This document shows, one piece after another, positions 63,291 to 64,000 of a stretch of DNA of 64,000 nt. The DNA is from Gemmatimonadaceae bacterium (GTDB taxonomy: Bacteria; Gemmatimonadota; Gemmatimonadetes; Gemmatimonadales; Gemmatimonadaceae), in contig DASUUI010000020.1 in assembly GCA_036374155.1 (NCBI GenBank), positions 109 to 64,108 on the forward strand, in the 5' to 3' direction. Under the pieces are notes generated by a model. That model was not told the DNA's origin, did no database searches, and saw nothing but the letters and a program-made list of their open reading frames with translations. Position 1 is the first letter of the stretch, and each line of letters begins with the position of its first letter. Both the position numbers and the translations under genes were made by a program.

Positions 63291-64000
63291 GTGAGATTGA
63301 CCAAGCTTGAGCTCAACGGATTCAAGTCGTTTGCCGATCAGACGGAGCTGAGCTTCGAGGCCGGGGTCACCGCCATCGTTGGCCCGAATGGCTGCGGCAA
63401 GTCCAACGTCTCCGATGCGGTCCGCTGGGTTCTCGGCGAGCAGCGGGCCCGGGCGCTGCGCGGAGCCAAGATGGAAGAGGTGATCTTCCAGGGCTCCTCT
63501 GCGCGCCGCCCGGTTAACATCGCAGAGGTCTCCCTCTACTTCGAGAACAGCGACGGCACGGTCGAGCTTCCGTTCCGCGAGATCGTGATCACCCGGCGGT
63601 TGAGCCGGTCCGGCGAGAGCGAGTACCTGCTCAACCGGGCTCCGTGCAGGCTGCGCGACATCCACGACCTGCTGCGCGGCACGGGCCTCGGCGCGGAGTC
63701 CGGCGTGGTGATCGAGTCAAAGATGGTCGATGCGCTGCTCTCGGACCGCCCGGATGAGCGTCGCGAGCTGTTCGAGGAGGCGGCCGGAGTCAGCCTGTAT
63801 CGCGACCGCAAGCGAACGACGGAGCGGCGGCTGGAAGAGACGGCAGCGGATCTCGCCCGGCTGGAGGATCTCATCGGCGAGGTCCAGTCACAGGTACGGT
63901 CGCTCGCGCGCCAGAGGAAGAAAACCGAGCGGCATGCCGAGCTCTCGGCCCGCCGGTTCACCGTGGAAGTGGCTCTTGCCGCGCGGGAGATGTCCGCGTG
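63291..64000 (+). CDS. smc: chromosome segregation protein SMC, N-terminal part (continues past window end)
   Basis: Not in the track because it is open at the window edge. GTG 63291 gives [51 protein letters not shown]. Confidence 0.93.
   Translation, partial: MRLTKLELNGFKSFADQTELSFEAGVTAIVGPNGCGKSNVSDAVRWVLGEQRARALRGAKMEEVIFQGSSARRPVNIAEVSLYFENSDGTVELPFREIVITRRLSRSGESEYLLNRAPCRLRDIHDLLRGTGLGAESGVVIESKMVDALLSDRPDERRELFEEAAGVSLYRDRKRTTERRLEETAADLARLEDLIGEVQSQVRSLARQRKKTERHAELSARRFTVEVALAAREMSA

Overview
GC-rich bacterial chromosomal segment. Third codon positions are almost all G/C, which explains the many long spurious antisense ORFs in the track. I count about 60 real protein genes, 3 tRNAs (Ser-UGA, Ser-GCU, Gln-UUG) and one frameshifted gene. 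The content is almost entirely core housekeeping: ACAD/hbd/thiolase, thrS, valS, selA, gmhB, purN, purH, sdhCAB, gltX, lexA, trxA, rsmI, pdxJ, ispE-tRNAGln-prs-rplY-pth-hppA-ychF, rpsF-rpsR-rplI, rsfS and smc. Lipoboxes and an Omp85-type barrel indicate a diderm. The protein sequences resemble Gemmatimonadota or a relative, but that is a guess without a database search. I found no CRISPR array, transposase, integrase, phage, restriction or recognisable defence genes, so I do not claim a new defence system. Six things stand out. (1) A family of intergenic palindromic elements is built from 7-nt units (TTAGCGR / GCTAAYC) that place stop codons in all three frames on both strands. One copy is split by about 480 bp carrying a frameshifted four-helix-bundle (23S-rRNA-IVS/Avd-type) gene. 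A second, unrelated palindrome has the same 7-nt stop phasing. (2) A translationally coupled envelope operon of unknown function spans 33725-40062: a DUF4159-like protein, a 1065-aa coiled-coil membrane protein, a TPR protein and a secreted 420-aa protein. (3) A 1063-aa outer-membrane protein fuses an HExxH peptidase-like domain, a TolB-like propeller and an Omp85 barrel. It is coupled to rsfS and followed by two SPOR proteins, one of which has a degenerate P-loop domain. (4) rsmI has no canonical start codon, only a GTA that overlaps the trxA stop. (5) A terminator-like UUCG hairpin sits directly in front of thrS. (6) gltX starts 27 nt after a strong terminator. All family names are recognised from motifs by eye and need HMM or BLAST confirmation.
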